Numbered from the whole stretch's first letter, positions 52,521 through 62,019 are shown. The stretch: 63,819 nucleotides of DNA, filler included, from 7 parts of 7 records of this genome joined end to end with filler, not necessarily neighbours in it; one strand, 5' to 3'. A program made the numbers and translations. The notes: a model not told the origin generated them from the sequence alone.

Positions 52521-53450
52521 CTATTTTACGTTAAACGGAGGCTTAAAATCCTTACGTAAAGTGATCACTCCTTCTCCAGGAAAATCTTTTGGAACTTGTT
52601 GAGTAACTTTTCCTGTTGCTGCCCATTCTGCTCCACGTAAAAGAGTAACCTGAAAACCTGTGCACTCCATCGAGTAACGCAGTTCAGGGTCGTTTCCGGC
52701 ATGCCCCATCAGGTTTACAAACACTCGTCCTTGCCCATAATTCACGATCCATAAAATTGGTTCATGCCTGCCCGATCCATTCAACTTCGGATCGTCATAA
52801 GTAGTAGCAAGTACCTCGAGATTTTGTGCCGGGCCACGTGCTTTACCATACAATTCATCCTTAAAATGTTCCCAAACCGGAGGTAGTCCGTTCATTATAG
52901 GATGCTTTGGACTGCGCGTAGTAAGGCTAAACGGTCGTTGCAAAGCATGATGTCCAGCCTCCCCGGGAGAGTAATCATAGACTATCCTGTCGTTTTTCCA
53001 GTAAACATAAGGACCGTCTTTTTCGTTTCTTCCATTCCAAGCACCAAGGCCAATCATTTTGTTATACTCTTTCCAGTCGTCCATTGGAACAATTGAAGAA
53101 TGAACAACCACTACCCCACCACCATTGGCTACATAGTTCTCAAAGCTTCTTCTGGCTTCTTCGGCCCAGGTATTTCCTCCATAATTAATTAATACAAGAT
53201 CATAACTACTGAAGTCTGGATTGTATGCTTTCATGTCCCCGTCCCAGTCGGGCGTAACTTTTATATCGACGGTGAAAAGGTCGCTATTTTCAAGAATTTG
53301 TTTAATAGCATCGCTTCCACCTTCCCACCAATGACTTCCATCCTGCCCGGTAACGATCATTGTTTTAATTTTTTCTTTTGCTGATGTTTTGGAAAACAAA
53401 CCAGTTAACAGCATTAAGCTAACCATCAATAAAATATATAGTTTCATCAT
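52521..53450 (-). CDS. ThuA-like domain protein, secreted
   Basis: Signal peptide, GGGVVVVH, DELY, GRVFVNLMGH, RGAEWAA. Confidence 0.85.
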   Translation of the reverse strand: MMKLYILLMVSLMLLTGLFSKTSAKEKIKTMIVTGQDGSHWWEGGSDAIKQILENSDLFTVDIKVTPDWDGDMKAYNPDFSSYDLVLINYGGNTWAEEARRSFENYVANGGGVVVVHSSIVPMDDWKEYNKMIGLGAWNGRNEKDGPYVYWKNDRIVYDYSPGEAGHHALQRPFSLTTRSPKHPIMNGLPPVWEHFKDELYGKARGPAQNLEVLATTYDDPKLNGSGRHEPILWIVNYGQGRVFVNLMGHAGNDPELRYSMECTGFQVTLLRGAEWAATGKVTQQVPKDFPGEGVITLRKDFKPPFNVK

Positions 53451-53451
53451 A

Positions 53452-54825
53452 CTATTTTCTAAGAGTTCTGTAAACCGTTTTTATCAAAGTAGCCGCTTCA
53501 TCGTCATCGTCATAAGCCCAGTACATCCCTCCCAGCAAATCGCAGCTTAAAATGTATTCGCATTTTAACTTTAGAGATTTCGGGTTTTCGTAGGTATATA
53601 TCATTTCACCTTTTGAATTCACCAAATAAGGTACTTTTGCAACTTCGTCCCAACGTAATTCATATTTGTTTTGTCTTTCAAGGCTTTTGTAGTTCACATC
53701 ACCAATCGCTTTTCTGTCTCCTTTTCCATATAAAGGCATTCCGAGCACCAATTTATGAATCGGCACACCCGCTTTTATATGTGCTTTTACTGATTCTTCT
53801 GAAGTTATTCCTCCCGCAAGTTCAGAGCGGAAAAGTGCTGCATGATGTTGTGGAGGCATTCCCATGTCATACCCCATTATGTTAACAAAATCAACATAAG
53901 GTTCTATTCCTCTGAAATCTATATATTTTGCAGATGCTGCCGAAGCCAAGGTTAAAAGTTTTGTATGACCAATTGATTCACGAATGTCTTTCATCAACAA
54001 AGTGAAATTCGTCGAATCATCAGGCGATGAAGATATTTTTGCCATATCGCTAGTCGGGTACTCCCAGTCAATGTCGATTCCATCCAAATTGAACTCTTCT
54101 ACTATTTTTTGGCATTCATCGGCGAATTGCTTTCTGTTTTGTTTATCAGCAGCCATTTCACTAAAACGACCACTTCCCCATCCTCCAATAGAAAGAGCAA
54201 TCTTTAACGATGGATGAATTTTCTTCAGTTCAACAATTTCACGAAGTCTTTCTTCATTATCAATACGCACCCCATTAAAAGAGTTGTTAACATGACCAAA
54301 AGCATAGCTAATGTGCGTGACATAAGATGGATCGGGCATAACTTCGCTCCACGATGTTACATAAGCGACTACAACTTTTTTACCAAACTCAATATTGTCG
54401 TAGTACCAAACCACCTTGAGGTGATTTCCATCTTTGTCTACAGAAAACTCGCCATTTTTAAAATATTTCCGATATAATTCATACTTCCCATCATTATTTC
54501 GGTCTTCCAGCTGCAAATCTCTTTCCGTAGAAATAGTAACATCAGAAACGTATTTTACCTCTTTCGAATAATTATCGATTACAACGTAGTAATTTTTGAA
54601 TAAATCAAAATATGGATAATGCCCGTTGTGAGCACTAAAAAGCAATACTTTTTCCAGAGCCGGACTATCGTCCATTTGTACCAGTTCTGATTTATGTACA
54701 CCAAACCCAGGTTTCTGTACATTGGGAGGATAATCATCCCATGTTTCAGGAAGACTCGTACGGTATTGTGCAAAAGCAATTATCGAAACACTGAAAAACA
54801 ATACGGTTGTAAATATCTTTTTCAT
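53452..54825 (-). CDS. GH18 chitinase-like enzyme with an extra N-terminal domain
   Basis: SIGGWG, LDGIDIDWEYP (DxDxE intact), MGYD, LGGMYW. Confidence 0.9.
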   Translation of the reverse strand: MKKIFTTVLFFSVSIIAFAQYRTSLPETWDDYPPNVQKPGFGVHKSELVQMDDSPALEKVLLFSAHNGHYPYFDLFKNYYVVIDNYSKEVKYVSDVTISTERDLQLEDRNNDGKYELYRKYFKNGEFSVDKDGNHLKVVWYYDNIEFGKKVVVAYVTSWSEVMPDPSYVTHISYAFGHVNNSFNGVRIDNEERLREIVELKKIHPSLKIALSIGGWGSGRFSEMAADKQNRKQFADECQKIVEEFNLDGIDIDWEYPTSDMAKISSSPDDSTNFTLLMKDIRESIGHTKLLTLASAASAKYIDFRGIEPYVDFVNIMGYDMGMPPQHHAALFRSELAGGITSEESVKAHIKAGVPIHKLVLGMPLYGKGDRKAIGDVNYKSLERQNKYELRWDEVAKVPYLVNSKGEMIYTYENPKSLKLKCEYILSCDLLGGMYWAYDDDDEAATLIKTVYRTLRK

Positions 54826-54866
54826 TAAAAAAAGGTTTATTTGGTTAAGGAATATAATCTCTTCGT

Positions 54867-55685
54867 TTAGCTCAGTTTTTCACGCACACGCGAACCTAAT
54901 AAGGCATAATACAATATGAAAAACTCTCCTGCCAGAACAAGCAGCCAGGTCCATCGCCAACTCTGTAGCGAATCGGCAAAACCTCCCTGGACAAGCGGAA
55001 AAATTGCTCCTCCAACGACTCCGATCATAAAAACACCAGAAGCTTTCGAGGTGTATTTTCCCAAATCCTGAATGGCCAGCGTAAAAACGGCACCCCACAT
55101 AATAGAATGGAATAAACCAACTGCCACCAATATCCAAAGGTTGTTAAATATAATTGCCAGAGAAACCATAATAATGGCTAACGATGAAACAGTTGTGAGT
55201 TGAACACGCGGTGTTACTTTGCTCAACGAACTACCAACCAACCTGCCGATCAAAATACTAAACCAATATAACGTTGCGGCCAGTGCCGGAATGTTAAAAT
55301 TGATTCGAAAAGCTTTAGGGCTTCGTGTCCAAAAAGGAAATTTTCCCATTTACTTCCTGAAGTTCTATCACATAAAGGTTGATATTGTTTCCGATGCAAA
55401 CCTCAACTCCCACATAGAAGAAGATAGTAATAACTCCCAGTTTTAGATGCCGGAATGACCAAATGCTTCTTTCCAACTTTTCGCCTGATTCAGCTTTTGT
55501 GCTTGGAATATCGGGCATTGAAAGCCGGGACAACACCAGCACCACCAACAGCATTACTCCCATTAGTGCGAGGAACGGTGCTGTTAGCTGGCTTACCGTC
55601 ACCTCTTCCATGGCTAGTCCGCCAAATACAATTCCTGACACAAAAAACGGTGCGATTGTGGTTCCTATTGAATTGGAAGACCCCC
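54867..55685 (-). CDS. FucP/NagP-type MFS sugar permease, 5' end cut, frameshift near 55320-55350
   Basis: NSIGTTIAP, FFYVGVEV, SIMWGAVFTLA, VVGGAIFP. Confidence 0.82.
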
Positions 55686-55785
55686 NNNNNNNNNNNNNNN
55701 NNNNNNNNNNNNNNNNNNNNNNNNNNNNNTTAATTAATTAANNNNNNNNNNNNNNNNNNNNNNNNNNNNNNNNNNNNNNNNNNNN
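55686..55785. other. Artificial contig spacer
   Basis: N-run + TTAATTAATTAA + N-run. Confidence 0.98.
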
Positions 55786-55838
55786 AGCCTTCCCTTGGGG
55801 GAAGGTGGCGCGGCGCAAGCCGTGACGGATGAGGGATA
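55786..55838. repeat. REP-like palindromic element, copy 1
   Basis: ccttccc-ttg-ggggaagg hairpin followed by gccgtgacggatgagggata. Confidence 0.6.
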
Positions 55839-55994
55839 AACAGATTTACACATTTCTGTTGGCGTCATAGGACCTCCTGCCCTATTCCTCTATTGGGGTC
55901 ATAGATACGAAGCCCTTATCTCCTTAATTGGGCGGCGGGCGGGATATGAAATGTGATATAATGGCTTTAATACATCTGCATGGGGGCGTTTATT

Positions 55995-57419
55995 ATGGCT
56001 GATTTGAATAATCCTTCAGCAACCGGAATGCCGGCACAATGGGACGAATCCGTCGATGTCGTCGTGATTGGCTCCGGCTTCGCAGGCCTGGCGGCGGCAT
56101 CCGAGGCCCGGCTGAAGGGGGCCGAGGTCGTTATATTGGAGAAGATGCCCTACTTCGGCGGTAACTCCGTTATCGCCGGCGGCGGCTACTGCAGCTGGGA
56201 CAGCCGCCTGAAGCTACGCGAGCAGCTGGATCTTGGCGAGGACTCGCCGGAGCTGCATATGGCGGACACGCTGAAAAGCGGCGGGCACCTAAATGATCCC
56301 GCGCTCGTCGAGATTCTTGTACACAACGCGCCGGCCGGGCTTAACTGGCTGCTGGATGCCGGCGCCGTCTTCAGCCGGATGCTCAACAAAATCGGCGGCC
56401 ACAGCGCCTATCGGAGTCATCATGCCGCCTGCAACCTGGCGAATGTAGTAAAGGAACACACGCTTTCGCTGGGTGTACCGCTGCGACTCAACACAACCGT
56501 CACCGCGCTCTGCCGCGACGGTAAGGCAGGGCCGGTAAAAGGCATCCGGATACTAGTGGACGGCGCTGAAAAGACGCTGGAGGCGCGGCTGGGCGTCGTT
56601 ATCGCCTCGGGCGGGTTTGGCAGCGACATTACCCTGCGCGCGGCGTATCAGCCGGCCCTGGACGCGTCGTATAACTGCACGACACACAAAGGCTCTACGG
56701 GTGAGATGATCGGGTTTGCCCAAGCGGTCGGCGCGGACACGCTCCATATGGAATACATCCAGCTGTTTCCCTGCGCCGAGCCGAAAAACGGCGGCATCGA
56801 CAAATTCGCGCTGGATTGCTATTCCGGCCCCGACTACGGGCTGATCTATGTCAACACGGACGGGCGGCGCTTCGTTAATGAGCTTTTAGGGCGCGACGCG
56901 GTATCAGACGCGCAGGTGAAGGCCGGGAGTAAGCCGACGTATTCCATCCTGACGGAGGCTATATTTAAAAAGCTTGGCCGGACTGACGAGGAGCTCCGCC
57001 GGGGCGTATCGTCCGGCCGGCTTTACCGGGGCGAAAGCTTAAGCGAGCTGGCCCAAACGATAGGTATACCCCCCGACGCTTTGGCGGACACCGTGGCCCG
57101 GCACAACGAGGCTGTACAAAACGGCGTCGATCCCGATTTCGGCGAGCCCATCACTAGCCGGATGATGCCGCTTGACGCGGGGCCGTTTTACGCCGTCGCG
57201 CAATGGCCTTCCGTCCATTACACCATGGGCGGGCTCCGGATCGACACCAGTGCCCGTGTGTTGGACAAGCTGAGCCGTCCGATCCCGGGGCTTTACGCCG
57301 CCGGCGAAGTATGCGGCGGTATCCACGGTAAAAACCGGCTGGGCGGCAACGCCATCGCCGAGTGCGTCGTCTTTGGCCGTATCGCCGGGCAAAGTGTATC
57401 TAAGGGACTTGACGCGTGA
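55995..57419 (+). CDS. Flavocytochrome c / fumarate-reductase-family flavoprotein, no signal peptide or heme motif
   Basis: VVVIGSGFAG, GGNS, ASGGF, RRFVNE, VHYTMGG, GLYAAGE, NRLGGNA. Confidence 0.88.
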   Translation: MADLNNPSATGMPAQWDESVDVVVIGSGFAGLAAASEARLKGAEVVILEKMPYFGGNSVIAGGGYCSWDSRLKLREQLDLGEDSPELHMADTLKSGGHLNDPALVEILVHNAPAGLNWLLDAGAVFSRMLNKIGGHSAYRSHHAACNLANVVKEHTLSLGVPLRLNTTVTALCRDGKAGPVKGIRILVDGAEKTLEARLGVVIASGGFGSDITLRAAYQPALDASYNCTTHKGSTGEMIGFAQAVGADTLHMEYIQLFPCAEPKNGGIDKFALDCYSGPDYGLIYVNTDGRRFVNELLGRDAVSDAQVKAGSKPTYSILTEAIFKKLGRTDEELRRGVSSGRLYRGESLSELAQTIGIPPDALADTVARHNEAVQNGVDPDFGEPITSRMMPLDAGPFYAVAQWPSVHYTMGGLRIDTSARVLDKLSRPIPGLYAAGEVCGGIHGKNRLGGNAIAECVVFGRIAGQSVSKGLDA

Positions 57420-57444
57420 TACGTATGGGCTGATTTTTGACAAT

Positions 57445-57515
57445 CCTCAGTCATCAGACGCAAGTCGCCCTGCTGACAGCTCCTTTGCTAAAGGCGCCGT
57501 GACGGATGAGGGATA
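57445..57515. repeat. REP-like palindromic element, copy 2
   Basis: cctcagtca...tgacagctccttt-gct-aaaggcgcc; shares the 20-mer gccgtgacggatgagggata with copy 1. Confidence 0.6.
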
Positions 57516-57701
57516 GGAATGCAATTTCATGAGCCGGGGCGCAGAGACAAAGACAGCGCCTCTATTAATATATCGCCCCAATGTACGAGCGTTTAAAACG
57601 CCAAAAAACAACAATTTATATGATTGATAAACGGCGCGAAAAAAGTTAAGATTAAGCGGAAGATATACGGGCTTTAACACATCTGTCTATGAGGTGTCAC
57701 G

Positions 57702-58298
57702 ATGAGCAAGATTGAGAGTATGCTCAGCAAAATCTACGAAACGGACCCGCAAACCGGCCACACGATCATTGAGGTTGCGCTTAAAAACTACGCCGAGATC
57801 TTTAACGAATGGGACCACGCTCCGTATAAACGAAAGGATATTGAGCCTGAGCTGATCGGTTTTCTCGAGGATTCCATCGACGACATACCAAAAAAGTTTG
57901 ATATTGATATCCGTTTCTATCTGGCCGACGAAGAACGAAACCCCCAGCGTGAACGTGTCATAATCTCCTGGTTTAAAACCTTCTTTTCTTTTTACATTGA
58001 AATTGAAAAAAATAAAATCAAAGACCATGCCAAGTCGGCACTGCTCTACGTTTTTATTTCAGCCGTATTTCTAGTCACGTCATTTTTTGGGCACCTGTAC
58101 CAGGACAACATTGTCATCTACACGCTCACCGAGATCATTATCGTCGGCGGCTGGGTGTTTTTATGGGAAGCTATTTCGCGGGTGTTTTTTGAAACAAAAA
58201 CCAATAGAAAAATGATCCGGAACTACAAGCGTTTTATCGCCGCGCCCATTTCCTTCCGTTATAATACGCCGCCCATCACGCTGCTTCGAAACTTTTAA
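57702..58298 (+). CDS. Conserved hypothetical membrane protein
   Basis: IFNEWDHAPYKRKDI, two TM segments, IVGGWVFLWEA. Confidence 0.7.
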   Translation: MSKIESMLSKIYETDPQTGHTIIEVALKNYAEIFNEWDHAPYKRKDIEPELIGFLEDSIDDIPKKFDIDIRFYLADEERNPQRERVIISWFKTFFSFYIEIEKNKIKDHAKSALLYVFISAVFLVTSFFGHLYQDNIVIYTLTEIIIVGGWVFLWEAISRVFFETKTNRKMIRNYKRFIAAPISFRYNTPPITLLRNF

Positions 58299-58347
58299 GC
58301 ACTGATGTTCCTGCCCGTCTGGCAGCCTTTTTTATCCATAACATAAA

Positions 58348-58374
58348 AACACGGGGCGATTAACGCCCCGTGTT
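58348..58374. terminator. Terminator between convergent genes
   Basis: aacacggggcg-attaa-cgccccgtgtt. Confidence 0.75.
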
Positions 58375-58387
58375 GCTGTTTTAAAGT

Positions 58388-59161
58388 CTATTTCTTTTTG
58401 TTGTTCTTCTCGTAGATGAGCCCCAGGCCGCGGAGCAGCAAATTTTCGTCCAGATTGATCTCGTGCCGGCAGTACTCGGCAATCCGCGAGGACAGCCCGC
58501 CTGTTGCCACAACCGTCATTTTCTTGCCGAACTCTTCCTCAATCCGATCAATCATACCGTCGACCATGGAGGCGGTGCCGAAGATCGCGCCGCTTTTCAT
58601 GCAGTCAATCGAATTGGCGCACACAACCTTATCAGGCGGCTCAATGGGCACGCGCGGCAGCTGGGATGTGCTGCCGGACAGCGCGTTCATCGACAGGGCA
58701 ACACCCGGAAAGAGCGCGCCGCCGAGAAAGTTGGCCTTCTCATCGATAACGGATATCGTCGTAGCTGTGCCCATATCAAATATGATAACGGGCAGCTTAT
58801 ACGATGCGATGGCGGCCACGCCGTCGGCAACGAGGTCGCTGCCGAGCTGGGCGGGATCGTCGATGAGAATATTCATCCCCGTCTTAATGCCCGCACCGAC
58901 AATCAGGGCGTTTTTACCGGTAATTTTTTTAACCGCGTTTTTAAGGACATGCACAAGGGGCGGCACGACAGATGAAATGATTGCCCCGTCGAAGCCCTCA
59001 CATAAAAATCCGTCGAATTCGAGTATGCTTTTGATACCGGCGGCGTACTCGTGCTCTGTTTTGGATATATCGGTCACCATCCTGAAAACATGCGAGATCT
59101 CCCCGCCGTCGATACAGCCGATGACGATGTTTGAGTTGCCGACATCAATAGCCAAAAGCAT
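58388..59161 (-). CDS. coaX: Type III pantothenate kinase
   Basis: LLAIDVGNSNIV, ISSVVP, LGSDLV, FDMGTATT, VATGG. Confidence 0.95.
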   Translation of the reverse strand: MLLAIDVGNSNIVIGCIDGGEISHVFRMVTDISKTEHEYAAGIKSILEFDGFLCEGFDGAIISSVVPPLVHVLKNAVKKITGKNALIVGAGIKTGMNILIDDPAQLGSDLVADGVAAIASYKLPVIIFDMGTATTISVIDEKANFLGGALFPGVALSMNALSGSTSQLPRVPIEPPDKVVCANSIDCMKSGAIFGTASMVDGMIDRIEEEFGKKMTVVATGGLSSRIAEYCRHEINLDENLLLRGLGLIYEKNNKKK

Positions 59162-59176
59162 GTGTAATAGGCCCCT

Positions 59177-59782
59177 TTATTGTGATTTTTCTTTGATGGG
59201 CAGAAATTGCAAAAGTGCAATACCTACAGCGCCCCCAACGAGTGTACAGATGATTGCCTCAATTAGCGCATTGGTACCCACAAGCAATATGATGACATCC
59301 CAAGCGGTTTCACCAAACGACTTTATATAATCGGTGTTCCCAAATAACAATACCAATCCACCCACAAAAAACACCGTGTTTAAAGCGGCAGCCGATAAGC
59401 TTGCCACAAAAGCGCCGGTAACTCTCAGCGGTTTGGACCCGCTCATAGCCTTAAAAATCAACGCCGGCAGCCAGCCGGCCAGAATACGCGGTATTAAACA
59501 AAGTATCAATGTATATAGTGGATTGATGTTTAAAAGCGCCGCGCCGAAAGCGCTCATACCGAAACACTGGATAAAGCTTGTTAATCCAAATACGCCGCCC
59601 ATAAAAGCACCGGCCGCAGGTCCTAAAATAATGCCTGCAATCGCCACGGGGATCATCAAAAAGCTGATTTCAATGATTCCAATTTTGAGGTATCCAAGTG
59701 GTGTAAAAGACATGATCAGTATGATTGCGACAAGTACGGCCATACGTACCATCTTGCCCGTGCTGATGGCTGCTTTACTCAT
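59177..59782 (-). CDS. ECF transporter S component, likely PanT-type (pantothenate)
   Basis: FTPLGYL, IPVAIAGIILGP, GLTSF, IPRIL, LNTVFF; adjacent to coaX. Confidence 0.8.
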   Translation of the reverse strand: MSKAAISTGKMVRMAVLVAIILIMSFTPLGYLKIGIIEISFLMIPVAIAGIILGPAAGAFMGGVFGLTSFIQCFGMSAFGAALLNINPLYTLILCLIPRILAGWLPALIFKAMSGSKPLRVTGAFVASLSAAALNTVFFVGGLVLLFGNTDYIKSFGETAWDVIILLVGTNALIEAIICTLVGGAVGIALLQFLPIKEKSQ

Positions 59783-59914
59783 TATTCAATTCCTCCTTGC
59801 TGCTGCTCTAACTCCTTCAAGTATGTAAGATGCAGCGCAATTATATTCAGCCCGGCATTCCTGCCGGAACCGTGCCCCATTTTACAGGTTAATTACGAAG
59901 ATTTCAACACTTTT

Positions 59915-60709
59915 TTATACGAAAAAGCTGGCTGTTTGTCCATGTATTTTAGAAACGCCGATCTTGAGGGTTGGGAACGTTTCGCTTAAACGCTCCGCCA
60001 AAACGGGCGTGACAACATTCTCCGTACAGAAATGATCGCCGTCTATGAGATTGAGCCGCAGCTCCTTGGCCTCCAGAAAGACATCATACTTAATATCGGC
60101 CGTAATAAATGTGTCGCAGCCATGCGCAATGGCATGCCTCAGTTCGCTGCCGCCCGACCCGCCAACGACGGCGACCTTATTAACCTCGAGTCCGGCATCA
60201 TAATAGCGCAGACCGCTTGTTCCAAGCCTTCTTTTAAGCAGAATCATGTATTCTGTAAGCTTCATTGGTTTTTCCAGATACCCGATACGGCCGTAAGAGT
60301 AAGCCTGTCCATACGCGTCAGACACATCCTCATGCAGCAGCGATTTTTTCGTCAATCCGGCAGCGTCGGCCAGCGCGTCATTGACGCCGCCCCACGCAGC
60401 GTCCAAATTCGTATGCATACACACCGCTGAAATACCGTGCGATAACAGCTTTGTGATCTTCCGGCCCGTCCGATCCGTATCCGTTACACTTTTCAGCGAA
60501 AAAAACAGCGGGTGATGCGAAACGATCAGCTGCGCATTTTCACGGATGGCCTCGTCCACCACCTCGTCGGTAATATCCAGGCTGACAAGCACGCTTGACA
60601 CCTCGGCGTCGGAAAAGCCCACAAGAAATCCGACATTGTCAAAATCCATTTTAAGTCCCGGCGGCGCGATAAGCTTCAGCGCCTCATAAATTTCTTTTAC
60701 CTTTGCCAT
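59915..60709 (-). CDS. Nif3-like dinuclear metal centre protein
   Basis: DNVGFLVG, SHHPLFF, HTNLD, GGSG, DHFCTE. Confidence 0.92.
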   Translation of the reverse strand: MAKVKEIYEALKLIAPPGLKMDFDNVGFLVGFSDAEVSSVLVSLDITDEVVDEAIRENAQLIVSHHPLFFSLKSVTDTDRTGRKITKLLSHGISAVCMHTNLDAAWGGVNDALADAAGLTKKSLLHEDVSDAYGQAYSYGRIGYLEKPMKLTEYMILLKRRLGTSGLRYYDAGLEVNKVAVVGGSGGSELRHAIAHGCDTFITADIKYDVFLEAKELRLNLIDGDHFCTENVVTPVLAERLSETFPTLKIGVSKIHGQTASFFV

Positions 60710-61395
60710 GCGTTTGTTTCCTCCCTCAAGCACCGAAGCGCAGCATAAGCCTTTTCCTGTCGTGCCAGCTCATCTTGCTGACGCGACGATTTTTGCAGCC
60801 CCGTTATGACGCGCCGTGTCTTTGCAATCAATTCGTCCAGATAGGCCGGCAGGAGCGGGTCACGCTTTTGTAGCAGAAGCCGTAGCGGTTCTTCGCCCGG
60901 CGCCCCCGCCTGAGTCAGCAGCACGATGTAGATTCGGCCTTCATCCCGGACGAGCCGTGCGTCCGACAGGCCATATCCATTAGAGGCCAGCCACGCCGAC
61001 AGCTCATCGCACTTTGACTGCGGCTGCAGGATACATCGCACACGCTCTGTCCGTGTCCATGTGGCTTTTTCCAGTATACCGCGCATCGTTTCGCCGCCCA
61101 TGCCCGCTAAAATAACGGTGTCGGCCTCCGCCTGGTCCAGGCCTTCCAGTCCGTCCGTCCGTATAAATTTGATTCGGCCGGCTACGCCAAACGTCTCTGC
61201 GGAGGACTGTGCACTTGACAGCGGACCGTCTTTGATATCTGTTGCGACAATACGCCGCGCCAGCCCGTTTTGCGCGAGATATACGGGAATATAGCCGTGA
61301 TCGGTCCCGACATCGGCAACATCGGCTCCCGGGGGCACCAGATCAGCCACCGCCTGTAAGCGCGGCGATAATTTAATTTTTTTAATATCACTCAT
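60697..61395 (-). CDS. trmK: tRNA (adenine22-N1)-methyltransferase
   Basis: LSPRLQAV, DVGTDHGYIP, AGMGG, ILQP; upstream of the Nif3 gene. Confidence 0.9.
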   Translation of the reverse strand: MSDIKKIKLSPRLQAVADLVPPGADVADVGTDHGYIPVYLAQNGLARRIVATDIKDGPLSSAQSSAETFGVAGRIKFIRTDGLEGLDQAEADTVILAGMGGETMRGILEKATWTRTERVRCILQPQSKCDELSAWLASNGYGLSDARLVRDEGRIYIVLLTQAGAPGEEPLRLLLQKRDPLLPAYLDELIAKTRRVITGLQKSSRQQDELARQEKAYAALRCLREETNAWQR

Positions 61396-61436
61396 ATAAT
61401 TGCATCTATCTTTAAATTAATTGTTTATTTATAGTT

Positions 61437-61474
61437 AAAAAGCGGGGGATATCGCGTCCCCCGCTTCTCGTTTT
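61437..61474 (-). terminator. Terminator after DUF1858 gene
   Basis: aagcggggga...tcccccgctt with A-run on the left. Confidence 0.65.
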
Positions 61475-61487
61475 CCAAAACAGTAAA

Positions 61488-61688
61488 TTAGTCTTTGACG
61501 TATTCCTGCAGCTGCTTGATGAATTCGTCATAATTAACGCCATGGACCTCGCAGGCTTCTCCAAGGGTTTCGCCGCTGGACATCGCGCAGCCAAGGCAAT
61601 GCATGCCGATGGACTGAAACAGCGGCACGGAATCCGGCGCTATTCTCAGGATATCAGCAATGATTGTATCTTTTGTGATTTGAGCCAT
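61488..61688 (-). CDS. DUF1858 domain protein
   Basis: ITKDTIIADI, GMHCLGC, ETLGEACEVHG. Confidence 0.9.
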   Translation of the reverse strand: MAQITKDTIIADILRIAPDSVPLFQSIGMHCLGCAMSSGETLGEACEVHGVNYDEFIKQLQEYVKD

Positions 61689-61937
61689 ATTTTAAACCTC
61701 CAAAATTGACTATTAATTGTCAGATTATTTTTATTATATCCGATTCTTATAATTATTTCAACTAATAAGCTCAAAAAAAGTCGCCCTTATCAGTTTAACC
61801 GAAGACGAGGAAAAAGCGCGCCTAAAATACTGTCATATTGATATCGCAGCTGGCAGCGCTTTCATTATTTACTGCGCTTTCATGATTTTCACTGAAACGT
61901 AAATAAGTGTATTTTATATTAAAAATCAACATAAACA

Positions 61938-61975
61938 AAAGCTTAAGCTCTGCTTTTATACAGAGCTTAAGCTTT
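61938..61975 (-). terminator. Terminator after zinc-ribbon gene
   Basis: aaagcttaagctctg...cagagcttaagcttt. Confidence 0.75.
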
Positions 61976-62019
61976 CACGTAAGGTGCCTTCCAGCTTGTG
62001 ACTTTTAGTTGAGCTTTAC

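Noticed and set aside
3512-55685. Programmed frameshifting or phase variation in the split genes (M20, dctQ, Rieske oxidoreductase, depolymerase, secreted hydrolase, MFS)
   Set aside because: The indels occur in unrelated organisms and mostly at homopolymers, so sequencing error is the simpler explanation.
6256-55785. Recurring TTAATTAATTAA motif within N-runs as a biological repeat
   Set aside because: It is an identical 100-nt artificial linker with stops in all six frames.
55859-55935. CRISPR mini-array
   Set aside because: The units are degenerate, have no repeat-spacer structure, and no cas genes are present.
58416-59828. Long plus-strand ORFs opposite coaX and the ECF-S gene
   Set aside because: Antisense shadows with no recognisable motifs; the same applies to 9348-10043 and 24477-25070.
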